64,000 nt of DNA from a virus. The notes under the pieces were generated by a model. The model did no database searches. It saw only the letters and a program-made list of their open reading frames with translations, and was not told where the DNA came from. The stretch covers positions 45,683 through 109,682 of the IMG/VR virus record IMGVR_UViG_3300014643_000020, one strand, 5' to 3'. A program made the position numbers and the translations under genes. Positions 57,509 to 64,000 of the stretch are shown here, one piece after another. Within the stretch, counting starts at the first letter, position 1. Every line of letters begins with the position of its first letter.

Positions 57509-59421
57509 TGTTAGTACCAACAAAGGTTAATAAAGATTTTGAAAGAGCATTTAATGTTGTTCAAGAAAAATATGGCGAAGATTTTGAATATTTAAACGGA
57601 TTTCATGAAACACAATTAAATTTTTCAGATTTCATAGACAAGTTTGTTGATAAAAACGTAGTTGATGTAACAATAGATGCTAATGCAAATGCATCAAATA
57701 AAGACATACGAAGTCTACTAAGTGAAAAGGGGAAGTCACATGATAAATTATTTGCATTTAGTAAAATATTTTATGAATTAAAGAAAAAATATGGTTTAAA
57801 AACAGCAAAAGAATGGTTAGACCAAGAATATAATGGTGGATTTTACTTGCATGATGCACCAAGTAGCACGTATTTGCCTTACTGTTATGCTTATGATTTA
57901 ACTAAATTAGCAACTGAAGGATTATTCTTTTTAAATAATTATAATCATCAATCACCAAAACATTTGACAACTTTTTTAGATGATGTAATTGAATATATAA
58001 GCTATATGAGCAATAGAAGTTCAGGAGCAGTTGGTGTTCCAAATATATTGCTTTGGACATTCTACTTTTGGAAAAAAGATTGTGAGAGTGAATATTACAT
58101 AAGAAATAAAGATTACTATTTAAAGCAAAGTTTTCAAAAATTCATTTATAGGCTGAATCAACCATTTATGAGAATAGACCAAACTGCATTTGTAAATTGT
58201 TCTATATTTGATAGATTTTATTTAGAAGAATTGTTTGGTGGAGTTGAATTTCCTGATAACACATTTGCTATTGATTATATTGAAGAATTATTAGAACATC
58301 AAAAAATATTTATGGAAGTAGTATCTGAAATTAGAAATGAAAATATGTTTACATTTCCAGTATTGACTTATTCACTATTATACAAAGACGGCAAATTTCA
58401 AGATGAAGAATTTGCTAAATGGTGCAGTAATCATAATATGAAATGGAATGATAGTAATTTCTTCATGAGCGACAATGTAGGAACATTATCGAACTGTTGT
58501 CGTTTGTTATCAGATACATCAAAATTAGATGCTTTTATAAATTCAATAGGTGGAACTGCGTTATCAATTGGCTCAATAAAAGTTAATACTGTTAATCTTG
58601 TTAGAATAGCATATGAAACGGAATGTAATAAAACTAAATATTTAAATTTACTAAAGAAAAGAATTATATTATGTTGTAAAACTTTAGATATAGTAAGAAG
58701 TATTATTACAAGAAACATTGAAAAGGGCTTATTACCTAATTATAGAGATGGTGGAGTTGAATTAGTTAAACAATATTGTACTGTCGGAATACTAGGGTTA
58801 TATGAAGTTATAGAGATGTTTGGTTTAATCAATAGAGATGACTTTGGATATGTAACGTGGACTAATGAAGGAATTGAATTTGCAAGTAAAATATTTGATA
58901 CTATAAACGAAGTTAAAGATAATTTTACAAATAAATATTCTTTTAATGTTGAATCTGTACCAGCTGAAAGATGTGCGATAATATTGTGTCAAAAGGATAA
59001 TTTATTATATGAAAAAAATGAAAAATTTATCTATTCAAATCAATGGACACCTTTATCTGAAAAGTGTAGCATACATGAAAAATTAAAACTGAGTGCCATA
59101 TTAGATAAAAAGTGTTCGGGTGGTAGTATATTACATATAAATCTACAAAATAATTTTCCAAATAAAGAAGTAGCTTGGGAAATGTTAAATAAAATAGCAG
59201 AATCGGGCGTAATGTATTTTGCTTTTAATACTAAAATTAATGAGTGTAAAAATCATCATGGATTTGTCGATAGTGACACTTGTCCCATATGTGGAGAACC
59301 TGTATATGACACATATCAAAGAATTGTAGGATATTTAGTGCCAACAAGAGCGTATTCAAAAGATAGAAAAAAAGAATTTAATGCTCGTGAATGGTATGAT
59401 GTTTTAACAAATGAGAATTAA
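57508..59421 (+). CDS. nrdD: Anaerobic (class III) ribonucleoside-triphosphate reductase, no ATP cone
   Basis: YLHD, PYC, TFPV, SNCCRL, CKNHH..CPICG Zn site, RIVGY glycyl-radical motif. Confidence 0.93.
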   Translation: MLVPTKVNKDFERAFNVVQEKYGEDFEYLNGFHETQLNFSDFIDKFVDKNVVDVTIDANANASNKDIRSLLSEKGKSHDKLFAFSKIFYELKKKYGLKTAKEWLDQEYNGGFYLHDAPSSTYLPYCYAYDLTKLATEGLFFLNNYNHQSPKHLTTFLDDVIEYISYMSNRSSGAVGVPNILLWTFYFWKKDCESEYYIRNKDYYLKQSFQKFIYRLNQPFMRIDQTAFVNCSIFDRFYLEELFGGVEFPDNTFAIDYIEELLEHQKIFMEVVSEIRNENMFTFPVLTYSLLYKDGKFQDEEFAKWCSNHNMKWNDSNFFMSDNVGTLSNCCRLLSDTSKLDAFINSIGGTALSIGSIKVNTVNLVRIAYETECNKTKYLNLLKKRIILCCKTLDIVRSIITRNIEKGLLPNYRDGGVELVKQYCTVGILGLYEVIEMFGLINRDDFGYVTWTNEGIEFASKIFDTINEVKDNFTNKYSFNVESVPAERCAIILCQKDNLLYEKNEKFIYSNQWTPLSEKCSIHEKLKLSAILDKKCSGGSILHINLQNNFPNKEVAWEMLNKIAESGVMYFAFNTKINECKNHHGFVDSDTCPICGEPVYDTYQRIVGYLVPTRAYSKDRKKEFNAREWYDVLTNEN

Positions 59422-59893
59422 AGCTATTGTTGAAGAAGATTTTATAAATTATAAACAACCATCAATGTTTATAGGAACATGTAAATGTGATTGGAAATGT
59501 GCAAAAGATGGGGGATTTGACGTAAGTATTTGTCAAAATTCCCTTTTAGCACAATCAGAAGAAATTAATATGTCATATGAAGAAATCTATCGAAGATATA
59601 TTAAAAATCCAATTACAAATTCAATTGTTATAGGTGGATTAGAACCATTTTTACAATTTGATGATATTTATAATTTGATAAATTATTTTAGAATAAACAA
59701 CTGTGAAGATATATTTGTAATATATACGGGGTATTACAAAGAGGAAATACAGGATAAATTAAGTAAATTAAAAAGTTTAGGAAATATAATTGTTAAATTT
59801 GGGAGATTTTTAAATAATAGTACCCCTATATTCGACAAAACATTGGGTGTTACTCTTGCTACAAACAATCAATGGGGAGAAAGGATTTCTTAA
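59411..59893 (+). CDS. nrdG: Class III RNR activating radical-SAM protein
   Basis: CDWKC...CQN, GGLEPF, IYTGY, KFGRF, SNQ-like end; follows nrdD. Confidence 0.85.
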   Translation: MRIKAIVEEDFINYKQPSMFIGTCKCDWKCAKDGGFDVSICQNSLLAQSEEINMSYEEIYRRYIKNPITNSIVIGGLEPFLQFDDIYNLINYFRINNCEDIFVIYTGYYKEEIQDKLSKLKSLGNIIVKFGRFLNNSTPIFDKTLGVTLATNNQWGERIS

Positions 59894-60585
59894 TGTCAAA
59901 ATTTATAAATATAACTGGTCAAAAATATGGCAAATTAACAGTAATAAAATATTTAAATAAAACAAAATATGAAGAAAAATGGTTATGTGAATGTGATTGT
60001 GGTAAAGAAGTTATAAGAAATAAATCTACTTTAAGAAAAGGTTTAAGTACATCTTGTGGATGTGAAAGATATAAAAAATCGTCACAATCTAATAAAAAAC
60101 AGAACAAATATAATTTAACAGGAGATTACGGTGTTGGTTATACAACCAAAGGAGAAGAATTTTATTTTGATTTGGAAGATTATGATAAAATTAAAAACAT
60201 TTGTTGGTACATAGGTAACAACGGATATGTGTGCAGTAAAACTAAAAATAAAATGACTTTATTTCATAGAATCATAATGAATCCTTTAGAAAATATGGAT
60301 ATAGACCATATAAATCATCAAAAACAAGATAACCGTAAATTAAATTTAAGAATTGCAACTCGTTCACAAAATTTAGTAAACAGATATTATCCCAATTCAA
60401 CTGGATATAGAGGTGTTTTAAAATTGCCATCAGGAAATTATATTGCTCAAATTGGTAATGAATATTTAGGTATTTTCAATAATCCAATAGATGCAAATGA
60501 AAAATATTTAGAAATAGCAAAAAAAATATATGGTGATTTTTTACCAACCGAAAAGATATATCCCAAATCAAGAAAAACATTATGA
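59893..60585 (+). CDS. Free-standing HNH homing endonuclease with AP2-like C-terminus
   Basis: WLCECDCG..SCGC N-terminus, HRIIM..DIDHINH...DNRKLNLR, STGYRGV...YLG.F. Confidence 0.85.
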   Translation: MSKFINITGQKYGKLTVIKYLNKTKYEEKWLCECDCGKEVIRNKSTLRKGLSTSCGCERYKKSSQSNKKQNKYNLTGDYGVGYTTKGEEFYFDLEDYDKIKNICWYIGNNGYVCSKTKNKMTLFHRIIMNPLENMDIDHINHQKQDNRKLNLRIATRSQNLVNRYYPNSTGYRGVLKLPSGNYIAQIGNEYLGIFNNPIDANEKYLEIAKKIYGDFLPTEKIYPKSRKTL

Positions 60586-60719
60586 TGAAGTATTAGGGAT
60601 ATATTTAGCAAGTGATAATCAATATGCTGAGAAATTGAATGTTGAAATTTCAACGTTTTAAAAGTTAAAAATCATATTAAAATGTTGTTTTTATCGAAAG
60701 TTAAAAAGAAAGGGATAAT

Positions 60720-61085
60720 ATGAAAAATTACAAACCTAAAATAAGTTATTTAGAAAATAATCATGTTACCATATTAAATGAAATGGGTTTTAGAGTTCAA
60801 GGTTTTGGAAGTGAAAATAAGAAATTAAACGAACAATCAACAAGCTTTAGAAAATATTATAAAATATGTGGTGGTTATTTTGAATTAAAAATAAACCTAG
60901 AGTATTACAGTATAGGTGAAAACGAAGTTGAACCATATGTAAAAATAAAAAGTCCTCGCGATGATTGGTGGAGCAATTTGTGGAATATAGAAGATTTTTT
61001 TAATGAGTTAAATTATTTTGAAAAAATATTAACAACAGATATATTAAAATTATCAGCACATGAAATTATTGAAGAAGAATATTAA
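60720..61085 (+). CDS. Hypothetical protein
   Basis: ORF with GAAAGGG RBS after a TAAAA-N6-TTTTA site. Confidence 0.6.
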   Translation: MKNYKPKISYLENNHVTILNEMGFRVQGFGSENKKLNEQSTSFRKYYKICGGYFELKINLEYYSIGENEVEPYVKIKSPRDDWWSNLWNIEDFFNELNYFEKILTTDILKLSAHEIIEEEY

Positions 61086-61096
61086 AATATAAAAAA

Positions 61097-61155
61097 TAAG
61101 AAGGGAGTAGAGGTTTGGTCGACCGTTAAACTATAGTTTACTCCTAAATACATAT
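61097..61155 (+). promoter_or_regulatory. Structured leader with a GGTCGACC palindrome
   Basis: GGGAGTAGA/TTTACTCCT and GGTTT/AAACT stems around GGTCGACC. Confidence 0.55.
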
Positions 61156-61887
61156 TTGAAATACGTTGGTAGCAAAAATAAACTATCAAAAGAGTTAGTT
61201 CCAATAATACAAAGTTATGTAGATAATCCACTTTGTCAAGGATATATAGAGCCTTTTGTTGGTGGTGCTAATATGATAGATAAAATTAAACATAAGAATA
61301 AAAAGGGTTATGATATACATAAATATTTGATTGCATTGTTAAATCAAGCAAAAGAAGATTATACTGTGTTCCCTAAAACAATATCAGAAAGTTTATATAG
61401 CGATGTGAGGGAAAATAAAGATAATTATGAAGATTGGTTTGTTGGTTTAGTTGGGTTCTGTGCTACATTTGGTGCAAAATATTTTGGTGGATATGCAAGA
61501 GGATTTAAAGAAGACAAAGTGACATTAAGAGACATTCCATCTGAGGGAATAAGAAACTTAGTTAAACAAGCTCCAAATTTAAAAGATACATATTTTGAAT
61601 GTAAAGATTTTAGACATTTATCTAATATAAAAGGTCATGTTATATATTGCGACATACCATACAAAGGTACGACTGATTATAAAACTGGTAATTTCCCATA
61701 TGATGAGTTTTACGATTGGTGCAGAGAAATGAGTAAATGCAATGTGATGTTAGTAAGTGAATATAATATGCCTAATGATTTTCAATGTATATGGCAAAAA
61801 GAACAAAAGGTATTAATAGACAGTAATAAGCAATCTGGTGATAAAGGCAATATAAGAATTGAAAAATTATTTACATATAAAGTTTAA
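61156..61887 (+). CDS. Dam-like (D12 class) N6-adenine DNA methyltransferase
   Basis: KYVGSK, YIEPFVGGANM, IYCDIPY, VSEY. Confidence 0.9.
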   Translation: MKYVGSKNKLSKELVPIIQSYVDNPLCQGYIEPFVGGANMIDKIKHKNKKGYDIHKYLIALLNQAKEDYTVFPKTISESLYSDVRENKDNYEDWFVGLVGFCATFGAKYFGGYARGFKEDKVTLRDIPSEGIRNLVKQAPNLKDTYFECKDFRHLSNIKGHVIYCDIPYKGTTDYKTGNFPYDEFYDWCREMSKCNVMLVSEYNMPNDFQCIWQKEQKVLIDSNKQSGDKGNIRIEKLFTYKV

Positions 61888-61952
61888 ATGTTGAAATTAG
61901 AACGAAAAGTAAAAAATAAATTATGTTTTTTATTTAGAAAAGGAGAAAAATA

Positions 61953-62972
61953 ATGTACGATGAATTTGAAGGTTACTGTGATTGTAACCCTAGGGAAGAT
62001 TGGGAAAATTCTATAGTAGATATAGTTCATGAGACAATCAATGAAAAATACAAAGAAATATTAGATGAAAAAGAATATTTATCTAAACAATTATCTGAAA
62101 AAAATAAAGAGTTATTTGATAAAAAAGAAGAATTAAACAAGTTAAAAGATGATTTAACTAGGTTTGAAGATTTTGATGCGTTTCTAAAAATGATTAATAA
62201 GGATAATATTGTAGGAATTATAGAAGGTTTGAACTTGCCAATAACAAATCCTGATAGTTATATGAATGGTATGAGCGAAATATCACCTTATCTAAAATTA
62301 ATTATTAAATATTATGATAATAAAGAATTAGTTATTAAATTATTGAAAATTGCTAGAGTTGAAAGTAATATAAAAAATCTTGAAGATTTTATTTTACCAA
62401 GAGATTATGACAAAGAAACAATAATAGATATACTTAAAAACTTATCTTATAGAATGATTCAAACAAATTGTTGTTATTTTGAGGGCAATTTCGGATTTTG
62501 GTTAAGTGGTACAAGAGATGTATCAACAACAAATTTAAGTAAAAAAGTTCCTCTGCAAGAGGTATTAAAAAATAAACATATAGTAGATTTGTTTGATATT
62601 ATAATCGACCTTTCAAACAAATCAGATAAATACATATTTGAGGTTACAAAATATCAGAGTTTTAATGAAGAGCAAATATTAGAAATGTCAAAGTATATTA
62701 GAGATGGAAGCCATAATAAACTATATGATATAGAGAAAAGCTTTATAAATAGACATAAAGATATTTTATTTAACAATAAAGAATTTTGTGAAAAATATTT
62801 TAAATATATTTCTAGTAATCAGTATAATACATTTTCAATTTATAACTTTAATAAAGAATTTCAAATTAAATATTTAAAAAAAATTAGTTTTAAAGATGCT
62901 ATAGAAATTATCAATAGAATGGAATATAACGACAAAATTAAAAAAGAGATAATTAAAGCTATAAGTGAGTAA
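61953..62972 (+). CDS. Hypothetical protein with N-terminal coiled coil
   Basis: 339-aa ORF with AAGGAG RBS. Confidence 0.7.
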   Translation: MYDEFEGYCDCNPREDWENSIVDIVHETINEKYKEILDEKEYLSKQLSEKNKELFDKKEELNKLKDDLTRFEDFDAFLKMINKDNIVGIIEGLNLPITNPDSYMNGMSEISPYLKLIIKYYDNKELVIKLLKIARVESNIKNLEDFILPRDYDKETIIDILKNLSYRMIQTNCCYFEGNFGFWLSGTRDVSTTNLSKKVPLQEVLKNKHIVDLFDIIIDLSNKSDKYIFEVTKYQSFNEEQILEMSKYIRDGSHNKLYDIEKSFINRHKDILFNNKEFCEKYFKYISSNQYNTFSIYNFNKEFQIKYLKKISFKDAIEIINRMEYNDKIKKEIIKAISE

Positions 62973-63006
62973 ACTTTAGAAAATGTCTAATTTTAAAGAT
63001 AATTGA

Positions 63007-63064
63007 TAAGAAGGGAGCAAGGTTTCCTAGGAATAAACAATGCATTGTACCTTCTGTAAATAAA
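63007..63064 (+). promoter_or_regulatory. Structured leader with a TTCCTAGGAA palindrome
   Basis: Same scaffold as 61097: TAAGAAGGGAG..AGGTTT..TAAAC..CCTTC. Confidence 0.55.
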
Positions 63065-64000
63065 TTGAGTGATAAAAAATATACAAATGAAGATTTAAAA
63101 ATAATGCAAGTGTGGGATTTGGAAAGAAAAATTCAAGTGACACAAACAAGACTGCTAGAATGGTATAAACATTATGATAATAAATGTTATGTTAGTTTTT
63201 CAGGTGGTAAGGATAGTACGGTCTTAGCAGATTTAACTGCTAGAATATGTAAAAGCTTAAATTGTAAATTAGTTTTATGGTTTTCTGATACTGGACTAGA
63301 ATTTCCAGAATTAAAGCAACATACTAAAGATTATTCAAAATGGTTGCAAGATACATATGGCGTAGAAGTTGAATTAGTTATATCAAAACCTAAATTGAGT
63401 TTTAGACAAGTAATAGAGCAAAATGGTTATCCAATAATAACTAAAACTGCATCTAGGATGATACATGATGTTAAAAAATTAGGCAATAATTGTTGGGCAT
63501 CAAGATGTTTTGATGGTAGGGAAGCTGGGAAATATCAAATGCAGAAATGGAAATATTTAATAGATTCTCCATTTAAAATTAGCGATAGATGCTGTTATAT
63601 TATGAAAAAGACACCCGCACATAATTTCAATAAAGTTAGCGGATTAAAACCTGTAATTGGCACAATGGCATGTGAAAGTGTAAATCGTAGGAATGAATGG
63701 CTAAAAAATGGTTGTAATGCTTTTAATAAAGGAAACGTAAGTAGTCAACCTATTAGTTTTTATACAGAGCAAGATGTATTAAAATACATAAAAGATTTTA
63801 ACATTCCTTATGCTTCAGTATATGGAGAAATTAAGCAAGATGATAAAGGAAAGTATTTTACCACTGGATATAGTAGAACTGGCTGTGTTTTTTGCGGATA
63901 TGGATGCCATCTTGAGAAAGAGCCTAACCGTTTTCAAATGTTAAAACAAACTCACCCTAAACTATGGAAATATTGTATGAAATCTTGGGATAAAGGTGGA
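63065..64000 (+). CDS. PAPS-reductase-family (PP-loop, Fe-S) protein, truncated by the window end
   Basis: Own translation from TTG 63065: YVSFSGGKDS PP-loop, DTGLEF, DRCC, RTGCVFC. Confidence 0.88.
   Translation, partial: MSDKKYTNEDLKIMQVWDLERKIQVTQTRLLEWYKHYDNKCYVSFSGGKDSTVLADLTARICKSLNCKLVLWFSDTGLEFPELKQHTKDYSKWLQDTYGVEVELVISKPKLSFRQVIEQNGYPIITKTASRMIHDVKKLGNNCWASRCFDGREAGKYQMQKWKYLIDSPFKISDRCCYIMKKTPAHNFNKVSGLKPVIGTMACESVNRRNEWLKNGCNAFNKGNVSSQPISFYTEQDVLKYIKDFNIPYASVYGEIKQDDKGKYFTTGYSRTGCVFCGYGCHLEKEPNRFQMLKQTHPKLWKYCMKSWDKGG

Larger units (their letters stand above)
23422..61904. repeat. Dispersed palindrome TGTTGAAATTTCAACA
   Basis: Perfect at 36226 and 55095; variants at 23422, 29547, 34006, 44194, 44621, 53893, 60640, 61889. 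Confidence 0.8.
117..61932. repeat. Dispersed inverted repeat TAAAA-N6-TTTTA at gene junctions
   Basis: Perfect copies start at 117, 147, 10283, 10947, 12994, 16993, 20371, 20988, 22290, 23394, 30197, 31577, 32050, 32911, 33978, 34947, 36198, 44156, 46116, 48278, 54198, 55133, 56302, 60678; about 18 more with 1-2 mismatches. Confidence 0.85.
1..64000. mobile_element. Segment of a large temperate Firmicutes phage / phage-plasmid (SPbeta-like gene order)
   Basis: Dense co-oriented small ORFs, phage-type replication block, class III RNR, HNH endonucleases, several orphan methyltransferases, Firmicutes-type AGGAGG RBS and sigmaA promoters; no host housekeeping genes. Confidence 0.9.

Noticed and set aside
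57508..60585. Group I intron or intein in nrdD/nrdG associated with the HNH gene
   Set aside because: Both reading frames look continuous and the endonuclease is free-standing downstream
9168..60653. Minus-strand ORFs in the track overlapping + strand genes (e.g. 21191-21580, 42558-42896, 58431-58718)
   Set aside because: Shadow frames rich in F/L/S/I, with no RBS, antisense to better-supported genes
10283..61932. TAAAA-N6-TTTTA as intrinsic terminators
   Set aside because: A 5-bp all-A/U stem is too weak, there is no separate U tract, and the sites sit inside apparent operons
1..64000. CRISPR array made of the recurrent 16-mers
   Set aside because: The copies are dispersed between genes at irregular distances of 100s-1000s of bp, not regularly spaced with 30-40-bp spacers
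1..64000. Alternative genetic code as the cause of the many short ORFs
   Set aside because: Long conserved genes are intact in code 11, all three stops end genes, and the short ORFs each have their own RBS
1..64000. tRNA/rRNA genes and diversity-generating retroelement
   Set aside because: No cloverleaf/T-loop signatures, reverse transcriptase or TR/VR pair noticed by eye; a tRNAscan-SE/Infernal run would be needed to exclude them fully

Overview
Very AT-rich 64-kb segment of a large temperate Firmicutes (probably Clostridia) phage with SPbeta-like organisation. No structural genes, tRNAs or CRISPR array are visible. The left ~7 kb looks like a plasmid-type maintenance module: DNA methyltransferase, RepL-like gene plus direct repeats, ParM-like actin with an RHH partner, replication-relaxation protein and FtsK/SpoIIIE ATPase. 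A ~2-kb non-coding region with a strand-composition switch follows. The remaining ~55 kb is co-oriented + strand genes: long arrays of small hypothetical ORFs, a lysogeny-type cluster (MazF-like RNase, intact tyrosine recombinase, DGQHR/ParB-like protein, degenerate recombinase-fold MrpR/YopR-like protein), a replication block (SSB-like, ERF, DnaB, primase, PD-(D/E)XK nuclease, family B polymerase), class III RNR, HNH endonucleases, two more methyltransferases and a PAPS-reductase-family gene. Main signal: the small genes are separated by a recurrent inverted repeat TAAAA-N6-TTTTA (24 perfect copies found by eye, all with different spacers, often overlapping the upstream stop codon). A second palindrome (TGTTGAAATTTCAACA) sits 12 or 21-22 bp from such sites. 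Together they suggest an integron-like, recombinase-driven gene-cassette system in a phage. Other leads are a dispersed 16-bp operator on the promoters, a stand-alone Cas8b-C-terminus/Cas11-like candidate anti-CRISPR, and a shared structured leader with a variable palindrome upstream of two DNA-modification-type genes. All calls come from motif reading by eye, with no database searches.
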